Part shown: one piece after another, positions 24,022-35,732 of the stretch | Numbering within the stretch: the first letter of the stretch is position 1 | How the letters are laid out: every line of letters begins with the position of its first letter | Assembly: GCF_006345805.1 (NCBI RefSeq) | Contig: NC_043025.1 | Location: 12,400,001-12,464,000, forward strand | DNA: 64,000 bases | Source: Octopus sinensis | Taxonomy: Eukaryota | Direction of reading: 5' to 3' | Notes under the pieces: generated by a model | Databases searched by the model: none | What the model saw: the letters and a program-made list of their open reading frames with translations, nothing else | Told to the model about the DNA's origin: nothing | Made by a program: the position numbers and the translations under genes

Positions 24022-26488
24022 CTCAGCATATTACATATGCGTCATACAATCTGCCTTTCATTCTGAGGGAGAAGCCCTTAGTTACCAACAAAGATAGAAT
24101 CCCTCTGAACTTTGCCCAGCTCATTCTTATTCTAGAAGCACCAGGTTCCAGACTGTGCCTGGAGGGTAACTTTCCAGGTGCAATCCCATGGTCAGGTCAT
24201 GACCGAAGGGGCTTCTCAGCATGTTACATATGCGTCATACAATCTGCCTTTTACTCTGAGGGAGCCCTTAGTTACCAACAAAGATAGAATCCCTCTGAAC
24301 TTTGCCCAGCTCATTCTTATTCTAGAAGCACCAGGTTCCAGACTTGTGCCTGGGAGGGTAACTTTCCAGGTGCAATCCCATGGTCAGGTCATGACCGAAG
24401 GGGGTCTCAGCATGTTACATTGCGTCATACAATCTGCCTTTTACTCTGAGGGAGAAGCCTTAGTTACCAACAAAAGATAGAATCCCTCTGAACTTTGCCC
24501 AGCTCATTCTTATTCTAGAAGCACCAGGTTCCAGACTTGGCCTGGGAGGGTAACTTTCCAGGTGCAATCCCATGGTCAGGTCATGACCGAAGGGGGTCTC
24601 AGCATGTCACATGTGTCATACAATCTGCCTTTTACTCTGAGGGAGAAGCCCTTAGTTACCAACAAAAGATAGATCCCTCTGAACTTTGCCCAGCACATTC
24701 TTATTCTAGAAGCACACAGGTTCCAGACTTGTGCCTGGGAGGGTAACTTTCCAGGTGCAATCCCATGGTCAGGTCATGACCGAAGGGGCTCTCAGCATGT
24801 TACATATGCGTCATACAATCTGCCTTTTACTCTGAGGGAAAGAAGCCCTTAGTTACCGACAAAGATAGAATCCCTCTGAACTTTGCCCAGCACATTCTTA
24901 TTCTAGAAGCCCAGGTTCCAGACTTGTGCCTGGGAGGGTAACTTTCCAGGTGCAATCCCATGGTCAGGTCATGACCGAAGGGGCTCTCAGCATGTTACAT
25001 ATGCGTCATACAATCTGCCTTTTACTCTGAGGGAGAAAGAAGCCCTTAGTTACCGACAAAGATAGAATCCCTCTGAACTTTGCCCAGCACATTCTTATTC
25101 TAGAAGCACCAGGTTCCAGACTTGTGCCTGGGAGGGTAACTTTCCAGGTGCAATCCCATGGTCAGGTCATGACCGAAGGGGCTCTCAGCATGTTACATAT
25201 GCGTCATACAATCTGCCTTTTACTCTGAGGGAGAAGCCCTTAGTTACCAGCAAAGATAGAATCCCTCTGAACTTTGCCCAGCTCATTCTTATTCTAAGCA
25301 GCACCAGGTTCCAGACTTGTGCCTGGGAGGGTAACTTTCCAGGTGCAATCCCATGGTCAGGTCATGACCGAAGGGGCTCGCAGCATGTTACATATGCGTC
25401 ATACAATCTGCCTTTTACTCTGAGGGAGAAGCCCTTAGTTACCAACAAAAGATAGAATCCCTCTGAACTTTGCCCAGCACATTCTTATTCTAGAAGCACC
25501 AGGTTCCAGACTTGTGCCTGGGAGGGTAACTTTCCAGGTGCAATCCCATGGTCAGGTCATGACCGAAGGGGGTCTCAGCATGTACACATGTGTCATACAA
25601 TCTGCCTTTTACTCTGAGGGAGAAGCCCTTAGTTACCAACAAAAGATAGAATCCCTCTGAACTTTGCCCAGCACATTCTTATTCTAGAAGCACCAGGTTC
25701 CAGACTTGTGCCTGGGAGGGTAACTTTCCAGGTGCAATCCCATGGTCAGGTCATGACCGAAGGGGCTCTCAGCATGTTACATATGCGTCATACAATCTGC
25801 CTTTTACTCTGAGGGAGAAAGAAGCCCTTAGTTACCGACAAAGATAGAATCCCTCTGAACTTTGCCCAGCACATTCTTATTCTAGAAGCACCAGGTTCCA
25901 GACTTGTGCCTGGGAGGGTAACTTTCCAGGTGCAATCCCATGGTCAGGTCATGACCGAAGGGGCTCTCAGCATGTTACATATGCGTCATACAATCTGCCT
26001 TTTACTCTGAGGGAGAAAGAAGCCCTTAGTTACCGACAAAGATAGAATCCCTCTGAACTTTGCCCAGCACATTCTTATTCTAGAAGCACCAGGTTCCAGA
26101 CTTGTGCCTGGAGGGTAACTTTCCAGGTGCAATCCCATGGTCAGGTCATGACCGAAGGGGCTCTCAGCATGTTACATATGCGTCATACAATCTGCCTTTT
26201 ACTCTGAGGGAGAAAGAACCCTTAGTTACCGACAAAGATAGAATCCCTCTGAACTTTGCCCAGCACATTCTTATTCTAGAAGCACCAGGTTCCAGACTTG
26301 TGCCTGGGAGGGTAACTTTCCAGGTGCAATCCCATGGTCAGGTCATGACCGAAGGGACTCTCAGCATGTTACATATGCGTCATACAATCTGCCTTTTACT
26401 CTGAGGGAGAAGCCCTTAGTTACCAACAAAGATAGAATCCCTCTGAACTTTGCCCAGCACATTCTTATTCTAGAAGCACCAGGTTCCA
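24022..26488. repeat. ~195-bp tandem repeat, ~12.7 copies, intronic in the phosphatase gene
   Basis: Unit starts at ~24022, 24215, 24406, 24598, 24791, 24986, 25184, 25379, 25574, 25768, 25966, 26163 and 26359. Confidence 0.95.
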
Positions 26489-26636
26489 TTCTGATTTGGC
26501 TTGGTTTCTACAGCTGGAAACCCTTCCTAACGCCAACCATTTTACAGTGTGTGCTGAGTGCTTTTTATATGGCTTTGGCATGAGTGCTTTTACACGGCAC
26601 CAGCACGAGACCCTTTCATGCGGCACCAGCATGGTA

Positions 26637-26710
26637 AAACATAACTCTCTAAAAATGCTTATATAGTTATTTCCCTTACAAACCCGAGCAACGCCGGGCG
26701 ATACTGCTAG
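26637..26710 (+). mobile_element. Helitron 3' terminal fragment
   Basis: Matches the 3' end of the two full copies: hairpin plus CTAG. Confidence 0.75.
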
Positions 26711-27615
26711 TCTAATCTATAAAATGAAGAAGGTGAACATTGATACAACTCTCTTTACTCTTTACTCTTTTACTTGTTTCAGTCATTTGACTGCGGCCAT
26801 GCTGGAGCACCGCCTTTTAGTTGAGCAAATCGACCCTGGGACTTATTCTTTGTAAGCCTAGTACTTATTCTATCGGTCTCTTTTGCCGAACCGCTAAGTA
26901 ACGGGGACGTAAACACATCAGCATCGGTTGTCAAGCGATGCTAGGGGGACAAACACAGACACACACATATATATATATACATATATACGACAGGCTTCTC
27001 TCAGTTTCCATCTACCAAATCCACTCACAAGGCTTTGGTCGGCCCGAAGCTATAGCAGAAGACTTTTGTCCAAGATGCCATGCAGTGGGACTGAACCCGG
27101 AACCATGTGGTTGGTAGACAAGCTACTTACCACACAGCCACTCCTGCGCCTAAATTTAACAAAGAAATCCTTTTTTTCCTTATTTTTAATCGCTCAAATA
27201 GTAGCACGTACAAAAGGCAAGTGTGCTTTCCATTGTCACTGCCTGATATTTATGATTGACCTTTCAAAAAGATTTCTTCCTCAACTTACTCAAGATCTTT
27301 TGTTTTTTATAAATGGGAGAGAGATAGATAGAGAAAGATAGAGAGTAAGAGAAAGCGAGGGAGAGTCCGAGAGAAAGGAAGAGTAAGAGAGTGGGAAAGT
27401 GAGAGAGAAACAAAGAGGGAAAATGTGGCGATAAGAAACAGAAAGGAAGCAACAGAAAGTAACAACCACACCCTCACCCAAGCGTAGAGCGGGTCACCAT
27501 AAGCTAGTAATTAAATAAATCATGAATCCCTCACTGCATTAACTTGTACCCGTGTAGTTAATCTGTAGTGAGCTGACTGGAAAAATTATGAAATAAAATA
27601 TATGAAATAACTTAC

Positions 27616-27764
27616 AGCTGACTGTGCGTAGTTCCTTGAAATGTAGGTTTTGTCTTTTCCGAGACAGGCTAAAATCAAAGCACAGAGGACACCAGTTCGA
27701 TCCTTGCCGAAAGTGCAGTTTAACAAGGCTGGTACATGATCAGGAGACGATAACAATTTGAGCG
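27616..27764 (-). CDS. Y_phosphatase3 phosphatase, catalytic exon
   Basis: PALLNCTFGKDRTGVLCALILACLG...ISRNY carries the C(X)5R P-loop of the HCxxGKDRTG type. Acceptor ttgttgcag|CG, donor GCT|gtaagt. Confidence 0.9.
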
Positions 27765-28454
27765 CTGCAACAACCAAAGATGGGAGAAGTGAAAGAGAAG
27801 AATACAGAAATATGAAAATAAAATATATCAATTATTGAACCAAATAGGGAGATAAATATGTGTGTGTGTGTGTAAGCACAAGCATAGCTGTGTGGTAAGA
27901 AGCTTGGTTCCCAACCATATGGTTCCAGATTCAGTTCTAATGCATGGCACCTTGGGCAAGTGTCTTCAATTATAGCCTCAAGATGACCAAAGCCTTGTGA
28001 GTGGATTTGGTAGACGGAAACTGAAAGACGTTTGTTATATATATATATCTCTTTTTACTCTTTTACTTGTTCCAGTCATTTGACTGCGGCCATGCTGGAG
28101 CACCGCCTTTAGTCGAGCAAATCGAACTCGGAACTTATTCTTTGTAAGCCCAGCACTTATTCTATCTGTTTCTTTTGCCGAACCGCTAAGTTACAGAGAC
28201 GTAAACACACCAGCATCGGTTGTCAAGCGATGTTGGGGAGACAAACATATACACACACATACATACATATATATATATACATATTTACGACGGGCTTCTT
28301 TCAGTTTCCGTCTACCAAATCCACTCACAAGGCTTTGGTCAGCCTGAGGCTATATTAGAAGACACTTGCCCAAGGTACCACGCAGTGGGATTGAACCCAG
28401 AACCATGTGGTTCGTAAGCAAGCTACTTACCACACAGCCGCTCCTGCTGTATAT

Positions 28455-28489
<35 letters not shown>

Positions 28490-28979
28490 ATATATATATA
28501 TATACATACATCGACCCCAGTGCGTAACTGGTACTTATTTAATCGACCCCGAAAGCATGAAAGGCAAATTTGACCTCGGCGGAATTTGAACTCAGCACGT
28601 CACGGCAGACGAAATACAGCTAAGCATTTCACCTGGTGTGCTAACGTTTCTGCCAGTTTGCCACCTTAGCTTGCCTAAATATTATGTATAGACTGTACAC
28701 AAGATCGACCCCAGTACACAACTGGTACTTTATTTATCGACCTCGAAAGGATAAAAGACAAAGTCGACCTCAGCAGAATTTGAACTCAGAACATAAAGAC
28801 AGACGAAATACCGCCAAGCATTTCACCTGGCATGCTAACGATTCTGCCAGCTTGCCGCCTCATGGGATGAATTCATTCAACTATTTGACTAAACCTTTCA
28901 GAGCGTTGCCCCAGCCTGGTCGCAATCCAATAAACTAACACAAGCAAAAAATAAAAAAAAAACAAGGAATAAAAATTAC

Positions 28980-29466
28980 CAGCACAGATCTGTTTGCTGC
29001 CAATCTCAATCATGTCCTTGTACTGTCCGAGTATACCTTGGGGGTTTAGAACCCGCCTCACGTAAAGACGCATGAAGTGTTTGAACCCGGTCCCCCAGAT
29101 AACATCGAAGAGGAGCACGAAAATGCTGTACACCTGGATGTACCAGGGTGCCCGAGAGAACATCAGCCAGGGGTACGCCTTGAAGATGTCGAACAAGTAG
29201 TGCCGACGCTCGACCATCTCCTGTCCTCCGCCCTCTGTGACATTGCCTGTCTTAGCGGAGATGTCGACGTCAGAAGCGGAGGGCTTGCCGTGGGGGTGGT
29301 CAGTAGATGAGGATTCCTGCTGTGACGGTGAAGGTGGTTGCGGTACTGATGGGGATGATGTGCCATCTGGATTGCAAACTGAAGAACATCTTGATACTGT
29401 CTGGTGCTCCAGGGGTTCGGTCTCTACCGTCTCCTGACGACTGTACTGTCGTTGCGGCACTTTTAG
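28980..29466 (-). CDS. Y_phosphatase3 (IphP-like) Cys-phosphatase, first visible coding exon (LKVPQ...KQICA)
   Basis: Acceptor ttattatttcag|CTA and donor GCTG|gtaatt. The phase-1 end matches the phase of the 27764 exon. Contains YKDMIEIGSKQI, which fits the helix preceding the active site in this family. Confidence 0.8.
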
Positions 29467-29537
29467 CTGAAATAATAAAAAAAAACAGATAATAGAAGAA
29501 ATGAGAGAGGAGGACAATTGTAACACAATTTTTGTCC

Positions 29538-29568
<31 letters not shown>

Positions 29569-29788
29569 TGGCCGTCTGCCAGCCTCGTCTGGCACCTGTG
29601 TCGGTGGCAACATAAAAAAAAACCATACGAGCGTGGCCGTCTGCCAGCCTCGTCTGGCACCTGTGTCGGTGGCACATAAAAACACATCCGAGCGTGGCCG
29701 TCTGCCAGCCTCGTCTGGCACCTGTGTGGTGGCACATAAAATCACCCACTACACTCTCGGAGTGGTTGGCGGTAGGAAGGGCATCCAG

Positions 29789-29888
29789 NNNNNNNNNNNN
29801 NNNNNNNNNNNNNNNNNNNNNNNNNNNNNNNNNNNNNNNNNNNNNNNNNNNNNNNNNNNNNNNNNNNNNNNNNNNNNNNNNNNNNNNN
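29789..29888. other. Assembly gap (100 N)
   Basis: Run of n. The true length is unknown. Confidence 1.
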
Positions 29889-32506
29889 CATAGAACCTTC
29901 TTTCAAAATTCCTATTTTGTGCCTATAGAGTTTATCTCAAACCAGCAATACCCTCTGCTAGCAAACCCTACCAGGACAAGGATTTCTCGAAATGGGACCC
30001 AGCCTGAAAGTCCTCCAGTACAAACCAGCTACATGATTTTCATCAATGCCTAAAGTCTCTCTCCAACAATGTCATCGCTCTTTTCTACCTCTAATCTTCT
30101 GTTAAATGCTCACAGCAGCATCAAAAATGTACCGCTTGAAATAATATTTAATTGTACATCCCACCAAAAAATAATTTAATTGCATCTAAAAACAAATATA
30201 TGCATGATAGGTGGAACGTAAAAAGCACCATCCGAATGTGGTTGATGGCACTGCCCCCCAACTGGTTCTCTTGCCAGTGGCATGTAAAAAGCACCATCTG
30301 AACATGGTCAATGCTAGTGCCCCCTTCTGGTGGCACATAAAAAGCACCATCTGAACATGGTCAATGCCAGTGCCCCCTACTGGCTCCCATGCTGGTGGCA
30401 CGTAAAAAGCACCACCCAAATGTGGTTGATGGCAGTGCCCCCCTTCTGGTTCTCGTGCCAGTGGCATGTAAAAAGCACTATCCAGACATGATTGATGCCA
30501 GGGCCGCATGACTGGCTCCCATGCTGGTGGCACGTAAACGCACCTACTACATTCTCAGAGTGGTTGGCATTAGGAAGGGCATCCAGCTATAGAAACACTG
30601 CCAGATCAGACTGGAGCCTGGTGCAGCCTCCTGTCTCACCAGTCCTCAGTCAAACCGTCCAACCCATGCCAGCATGGAAAACGGACGTTAAACGATGATG
30701 ATGAGGTGCAGGCATGGCTGTGGATAAGAAGTTTGTTTCCAAACCACATGATTCTGGGTTCAATCTCACTGTGAAACCTTGTACAACTGTTTTCCACTAT
30801 GGGCTCAGGTCAACCAAAGCCCTTTGAGTGGATTTGGTGCGTGTGTGTGTGGTGTGTCAGTGTCTATGCTGCAATGCAACTGCTGTTGGTTTGTTTCCAT
30901 CCTCATAACTTAGAAGTTCAGCAAGAGTGACTGTTAAAATAAAAACCAGACTTAAAAACGAAAAGGAATGTACTGTGGTCAGTTTGTTTTGACTGAAGCT
31001 CTTCAAAGTTGTGCCCCAGCATGGCCTTGGTCTAAAAACTAAAGCAAATGAAAGATAATGACAAAGACAAAAAAAAACACGACAAAAACTGTTTCCATGA
31101 CCACCAAGAACAAAAAGAAAGGCACTGCTACCATTATGACAAGACGAACGTGGAACTCTATAGTCAAATACCTGTTTCTTTACTACCCCGAAAGGATGAA
31201 AGGCAAAGTTGACCTCGGCGGAATTTGAACTCAGAACGTAGCGGCCGACGAAATACCTATTTCTTTACTCCCCACAGAGAGAACAAACGGATTAAGTCGA
31301 TTATATCGACTCCAGTGCGTAACTGGTACTTAATTTACTGACCCGGAAATGATGAAAGGCAAAGTCGACCTCGGTGGAATTTGAACTCAGAACGTAACGG
31401 CCGACGAAATACCTATTTCTTTACTACCCACAAGGGGCTAAACACAGAGAGGACAAACAAGGACAGACATAGGTATTAAGTCGATTATATAGATCCCCAG
31501 TGCGTAACTGGTACTTAATTTATCGACCCCGAAAGGATGAAAGGCAAGGCAGACGAAATACTTATTTCTTTATTACCCACAAGGGGCTAAACATAGAGGG
31601 GACAAACATGGACAGACATAGGTATTAAGTCGATTATATCGACCCCAGTGCGTAACTGGTACTTAATTTATCGACCCCGAAAGGATGAAAGGCAAAGTCG
31701 ACCTCGGCGGAATTTGAACTCACAACGTAACGGCAGCCGAAATACCGCTAAGCATTTCGCCCGACGTGCTAACGTTTCTGCCAGCTCGCCGCCGAAAGTC
31801 AAATACCGCCATCTCCTTCGCGTGCGTGTGCGTGTGTGTGACTATGACTCGGCAATTTCAATTTGAGGAAATAATCCTGTATGAAACATTAATTTATCGA
31901 GTTAGTTACTCGTTCAGTCATTGAGTGAGTCACTTTCTACTAAGACCACGACCCAACCAAACACTTGTGAATGCAAAGATTACGCACACCCGGAGTTTGG
32001 GGTTAGGGCTAGGCTGAGAACGGGCGGGTACTTTTTTGGTTATCTCACTCCCATTAAAAAAATTGGGTTATTCCCCCCACCTCACTAAAATATAGATTTT
32101 ATGTGGGGACGAGATTGGATTAAGAGAATTAGGGTGAACCTTCGGTATAGGTACATACGTTACGTTCCGAGTTCAAATTCCACCGAGGTCGACTTTGCCT
32201 TTCATCCTTTCGGGGTCGATAAATTAAATACCAGTTACGCACTGGAGTCGATGTAATCGACTTAATACCCATGTCTGTCCTTGTTTGTCCCTTCTATGTT
32301 TAGCCCCTTGTGGGTAGTAAAGAAATAGGTATTTCGTCTGCCGTTACGTTCTGAGTTCAAATTCCTCCGAGGTCGACTTTGCCTTTCATCCTTTCGGGGT
32401 CGATTAAATAAGTATCAGTTATGCACTGGGGTCGATATAATCAACTTAATACCTATGTCTGTCCTTGTTTGTCCCCTCTATGTTTAGCCCCTTGTGGGTA
32501 GTAAAG

Positions 32507-32537
<31 letters not shown>

Positions 32538-33941
32538 CTCCTGCGCTTGTTAATTTTTGTTTTCTTTTTTTATGTTTTATTGAGGGTTAAATAATGTTTT
32601 TAATTGAGGGAAATGACCTAAAGTACCGATATTTCTCATAAAACGGGGAAGATTTTTTTTTTTTTAAGGGGGTGAGATAACCAGAATGTACCAACAGGCG
32701 GTGTACGAATTCTTTACCTCCAGTACGTATATAATCTTAAAATTTAAAACCAAAACAAGAAAACTTTGTAAATACAGCTACCTGAGGCTTTCCCGGTCCA
32801 TATAAATTCATTCTGCTATTTATCCGGCTGAAAGTTAAACCGTTTTCCAGTCGACTTTTGTATGGGTAACGTTTAGACAAGACCCGTTTGTAAAGAATAT
32901 AAAACGAGGAAGCACAAGGGAGTCGACCAACGTTATTGTGCCATGTCGAACGGACACAAACGTCCTGAGTTCAAATTCCGCCGAGGTCGACTTTGCCTTT
33001 CATCCCTTCGGGGTCGATTAAATAAGTACCTATTTCTTTGCTACCCTCAAGGGGCTAAACACAGAGAGGACAAACAAGGACAGACAAACGGATTAAGTCA
33101 ATTATATGGACCCAAGTGCGCAACTGGTACTTAATTTATTAACCCCGAAAGGATGAAAGGCAAAGTCGACCTCGGCGGAATTTGAACTCACAACGTAACA
33201 GCAGACGAAATGCCTATTTCTTTACTACCCTCAAGGGGCTAAACACAGAGGGGACAAACAAGGACAGACAAAGGGATTAAGTCGATTACATCGACCCAAG
33301 TGCGCAACTGGTACTTAATTTATCGACCACGAAAGGATGAAAGGCAAAGTCGACTCGACGGAATTTGAACTCAGAACGTAACGGCAGACGAAATACCGCT
33401 AAGCAATTTGCCCGGCGTGCTAACGTGTCTGCCAGCTCGCCGCCTTCCCAGAAGTAGTATCGACGGAACGAACACACAGACACAGAGATGTCGTCCTTAT
33501 CGCATAGATACGCAGGCTTTGATCAAATCAACGGAACGAACACACAGACACAGAAAGTGGAGTTACAGATACATTGCACACACGCAATCACACACACGTT
33601 ATTTTCTACACTAGGGACAAGGCCCGAAATTTTGCGGGAGGGGGTGCCAGTCGATTAGGACGACCTCAGTGCGTAACTGGTACTTAATTTATTGACTGGA
33701 GTCGATGTAATCGACTTAATCCCTTTGTTTTTTTTTTTTTTCCTCTCTGTGTGTAGCCCCTTGTGGGTAGTAAAGAAATAGGTTTACTTTGTGTCCTGTG
33801 GTCTACTTTTAAATATATATATATATATATGTATGTATATATATATATATACGTGTGGTGTGTATATATATATATATACATTTATATGCATATATATATA
33901 TATATATACACATATATACGTGTGTGTGTATATATATATAC

Positions 33942-34042
<101 letters not shown>

Positions 34043-34102
34043 ATATATATTAATACATATATTTATGTATTTACACACACACTCACATATATATATATAT
34101 AC

Positions 34103-34141
<39 letters not shown>

Positions 34142-34172
34142 CATTTATGCATATATATATACACATTTATGC

Positions 34173-34217
<45 letters not shown>

Positions 34218-34485
34218 TATCCCAGGATAATGAAAGGTTTGGCAGCTTAACATGTCTTCCGGACCCCTAGTACTGCCTTTGGGGACCTTCCAGGACCACT
34301 GCTATAAGCAAACCGTTTATGCAAGTAATTACAGACTCCTTTTTCTTGGACTATGAAAGACTACTATCATCATTATTCAACATCCGAGGACTTATACCTC
34401 AGTTGCTATGGCATTGAGGTAGATCCGGCCACCCTGACTAACGGGGACAAAACCCAGACTTAAAACACTGGATGCTGATTGATTG

Positions 34486-34852
34486 ATTGATTGATTCTAG
34501 TTTCAGCTTATGAGCTGTGGCCATGCTGGGGCACCGCCATTTGGTGTTGCTACTTGGTTTCACTTCACGAAAGCTTTCTAGCAACTGCTATTGGTGCATG
34601 AGAGAGTTCGATGCAGCTGCCCTCATCTGCCCCTCCTGCCGTGAAGTTGGTTCATCTGGGACACCTGACAGGAAGAGATCCAGCTTCATTTTAAAGACAT
34701 CTGCATCCACCCCATGCAGGTCTCTCAGGTTCTTCGAGAGGATATTGAAGAGCTGTGGGCCTCGGAAGCCCAGGCTATCACAGAATCTTGTCCTACATCT
34801 TGATGGCAAGTTTGGAGTCCTAGGCACCACGCAGTGGCGCCCAGTTCTGGCA
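34486..34852 (-). mobile_element. 5'-truncated CR1/L2-group LINE
   Basis: SLGFRGPQLFNIL..LRDL...FKMKLDLFLSGVPDEP...SNSL, with an (AATC)n tail. Confidence 0.85.
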
Positions 34853-35251
34853 TTTGCTGATGCTGATGATGATGATGATGTTAGTCGTAGTATGGCCAGC
34901 GTGGCATCACCCCCAATGACAACAACCACTGTATGCCACTGTTAATTCCATGAGCTAGCTGTTTCATTGAATTGGCAAACTGGAACCCAAATTCCAGTAA
35001 GATACTTAAATCTCAAATATTATTCTATTTATGGGAAGAACCTTTGACTTTTATTCCCCCACATATAATGCTTTGCTTTCTCAGTTGTGGCGAAAGAGTA
35101 CAGCAGGGATCACCACCACCCCGTGCAGGAGCCTCGTGGAGCTTTTTAGGTGTTTTCGTTCAATAAACACTCACAACGCCCGGTCTGGGAATCGAAACCA
35201 CGATCCTACGACCATGAGTCCGCCGCCCTAACCACTGGGCCATTGAACCTC

Positions 35252-35282
<31 letters not shown>

Positions 35283-35283
<1 letters not shown>

Positions 35284-35465
35284 AAGGGAAAGTTTACGAA
35301 AATAAACAAAAGACGAAGGCAGGTGGAGTGCAAACAAACAAATGTATTAGTATGGCGCTCAGGAATAGAAGAAGTCTTTTACGTTTCGAGCCTACGCTCT
35401 TCAGCAGAAAGATACACAGAAAAAACAAGGAGAGAAAAAAATGCATGTAGCAACTAACGATCTAA
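35283..35465 (-). mobile_element. Penelope-like terminal remnant with minimal hammerhead-like motif; second copy at ~62249-62420
   Basis: Near-identical ~180-bp sequence at two loci, both inserted in (TA)n. Minus strand reads TCTTT-CTGCTGA-A-GAGC-gtag-GCTC-GAAAC-GTA-AAAGA. Confidence 0.6.
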
Positions 35466-35470
35466 TGCAC

Positions 35471-35568
35471 TTCATATTTAAGGCTCTGATGAAGTTATAA
35501 GGTGTTACTCAGACACTCAACTATGAGTCCACTGCACCATATAACTGAAACGACTGTAAGCCAATGAA
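35471..35568 (+). ncRNA. Type I hammerhead ribozyme with intact catalytic core
   Basis: Stem I GGCU(35482-85)/AGCC(35559-62), extended by UUCAU/AUGAA. CUGAUGA 35486-92. Stem II AGUUAUA/UAUAACU plus GGUG/CACC. GAAA 35547-50. Stem III AC-gacu-GU. GUA cleavage triplet ending at 35558. Confidence 0.8.
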
Positions 35569-35732
35569 TTTCATAAGATAATCATTCATTCCTTTATGAT
35601 CTCATTTTCTTATAAATCTTTAATGTATATAATATATGTAATCAATTGTTTCCTCACCCCAAGTATTCCCAAATTTGTTTTCCATATTTTTTAGCTCTAA
35701 TGTTCTTTTTCCTTTTTTCTTTTCTTCTTCAG

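Noticed and set aside
24160-24180. NF-kB-like gggtaactttcc in each 195-bp unit
   Set aside because: It does not fit GGGRNNYYCC spacing, and it lies about 10 kb from IL-17 inside another gene.
29889-30190. Unique sequence after the gap as the missing phosphatase exon
   Set aside because: All three minus-strand frames behind plausible acceptors hit stops, and no family motif is found in a spliceable frame.
31998-32015. ggggttagggctagg as an interstitial telomere
   Set aside because: Only a single TTAGGG.
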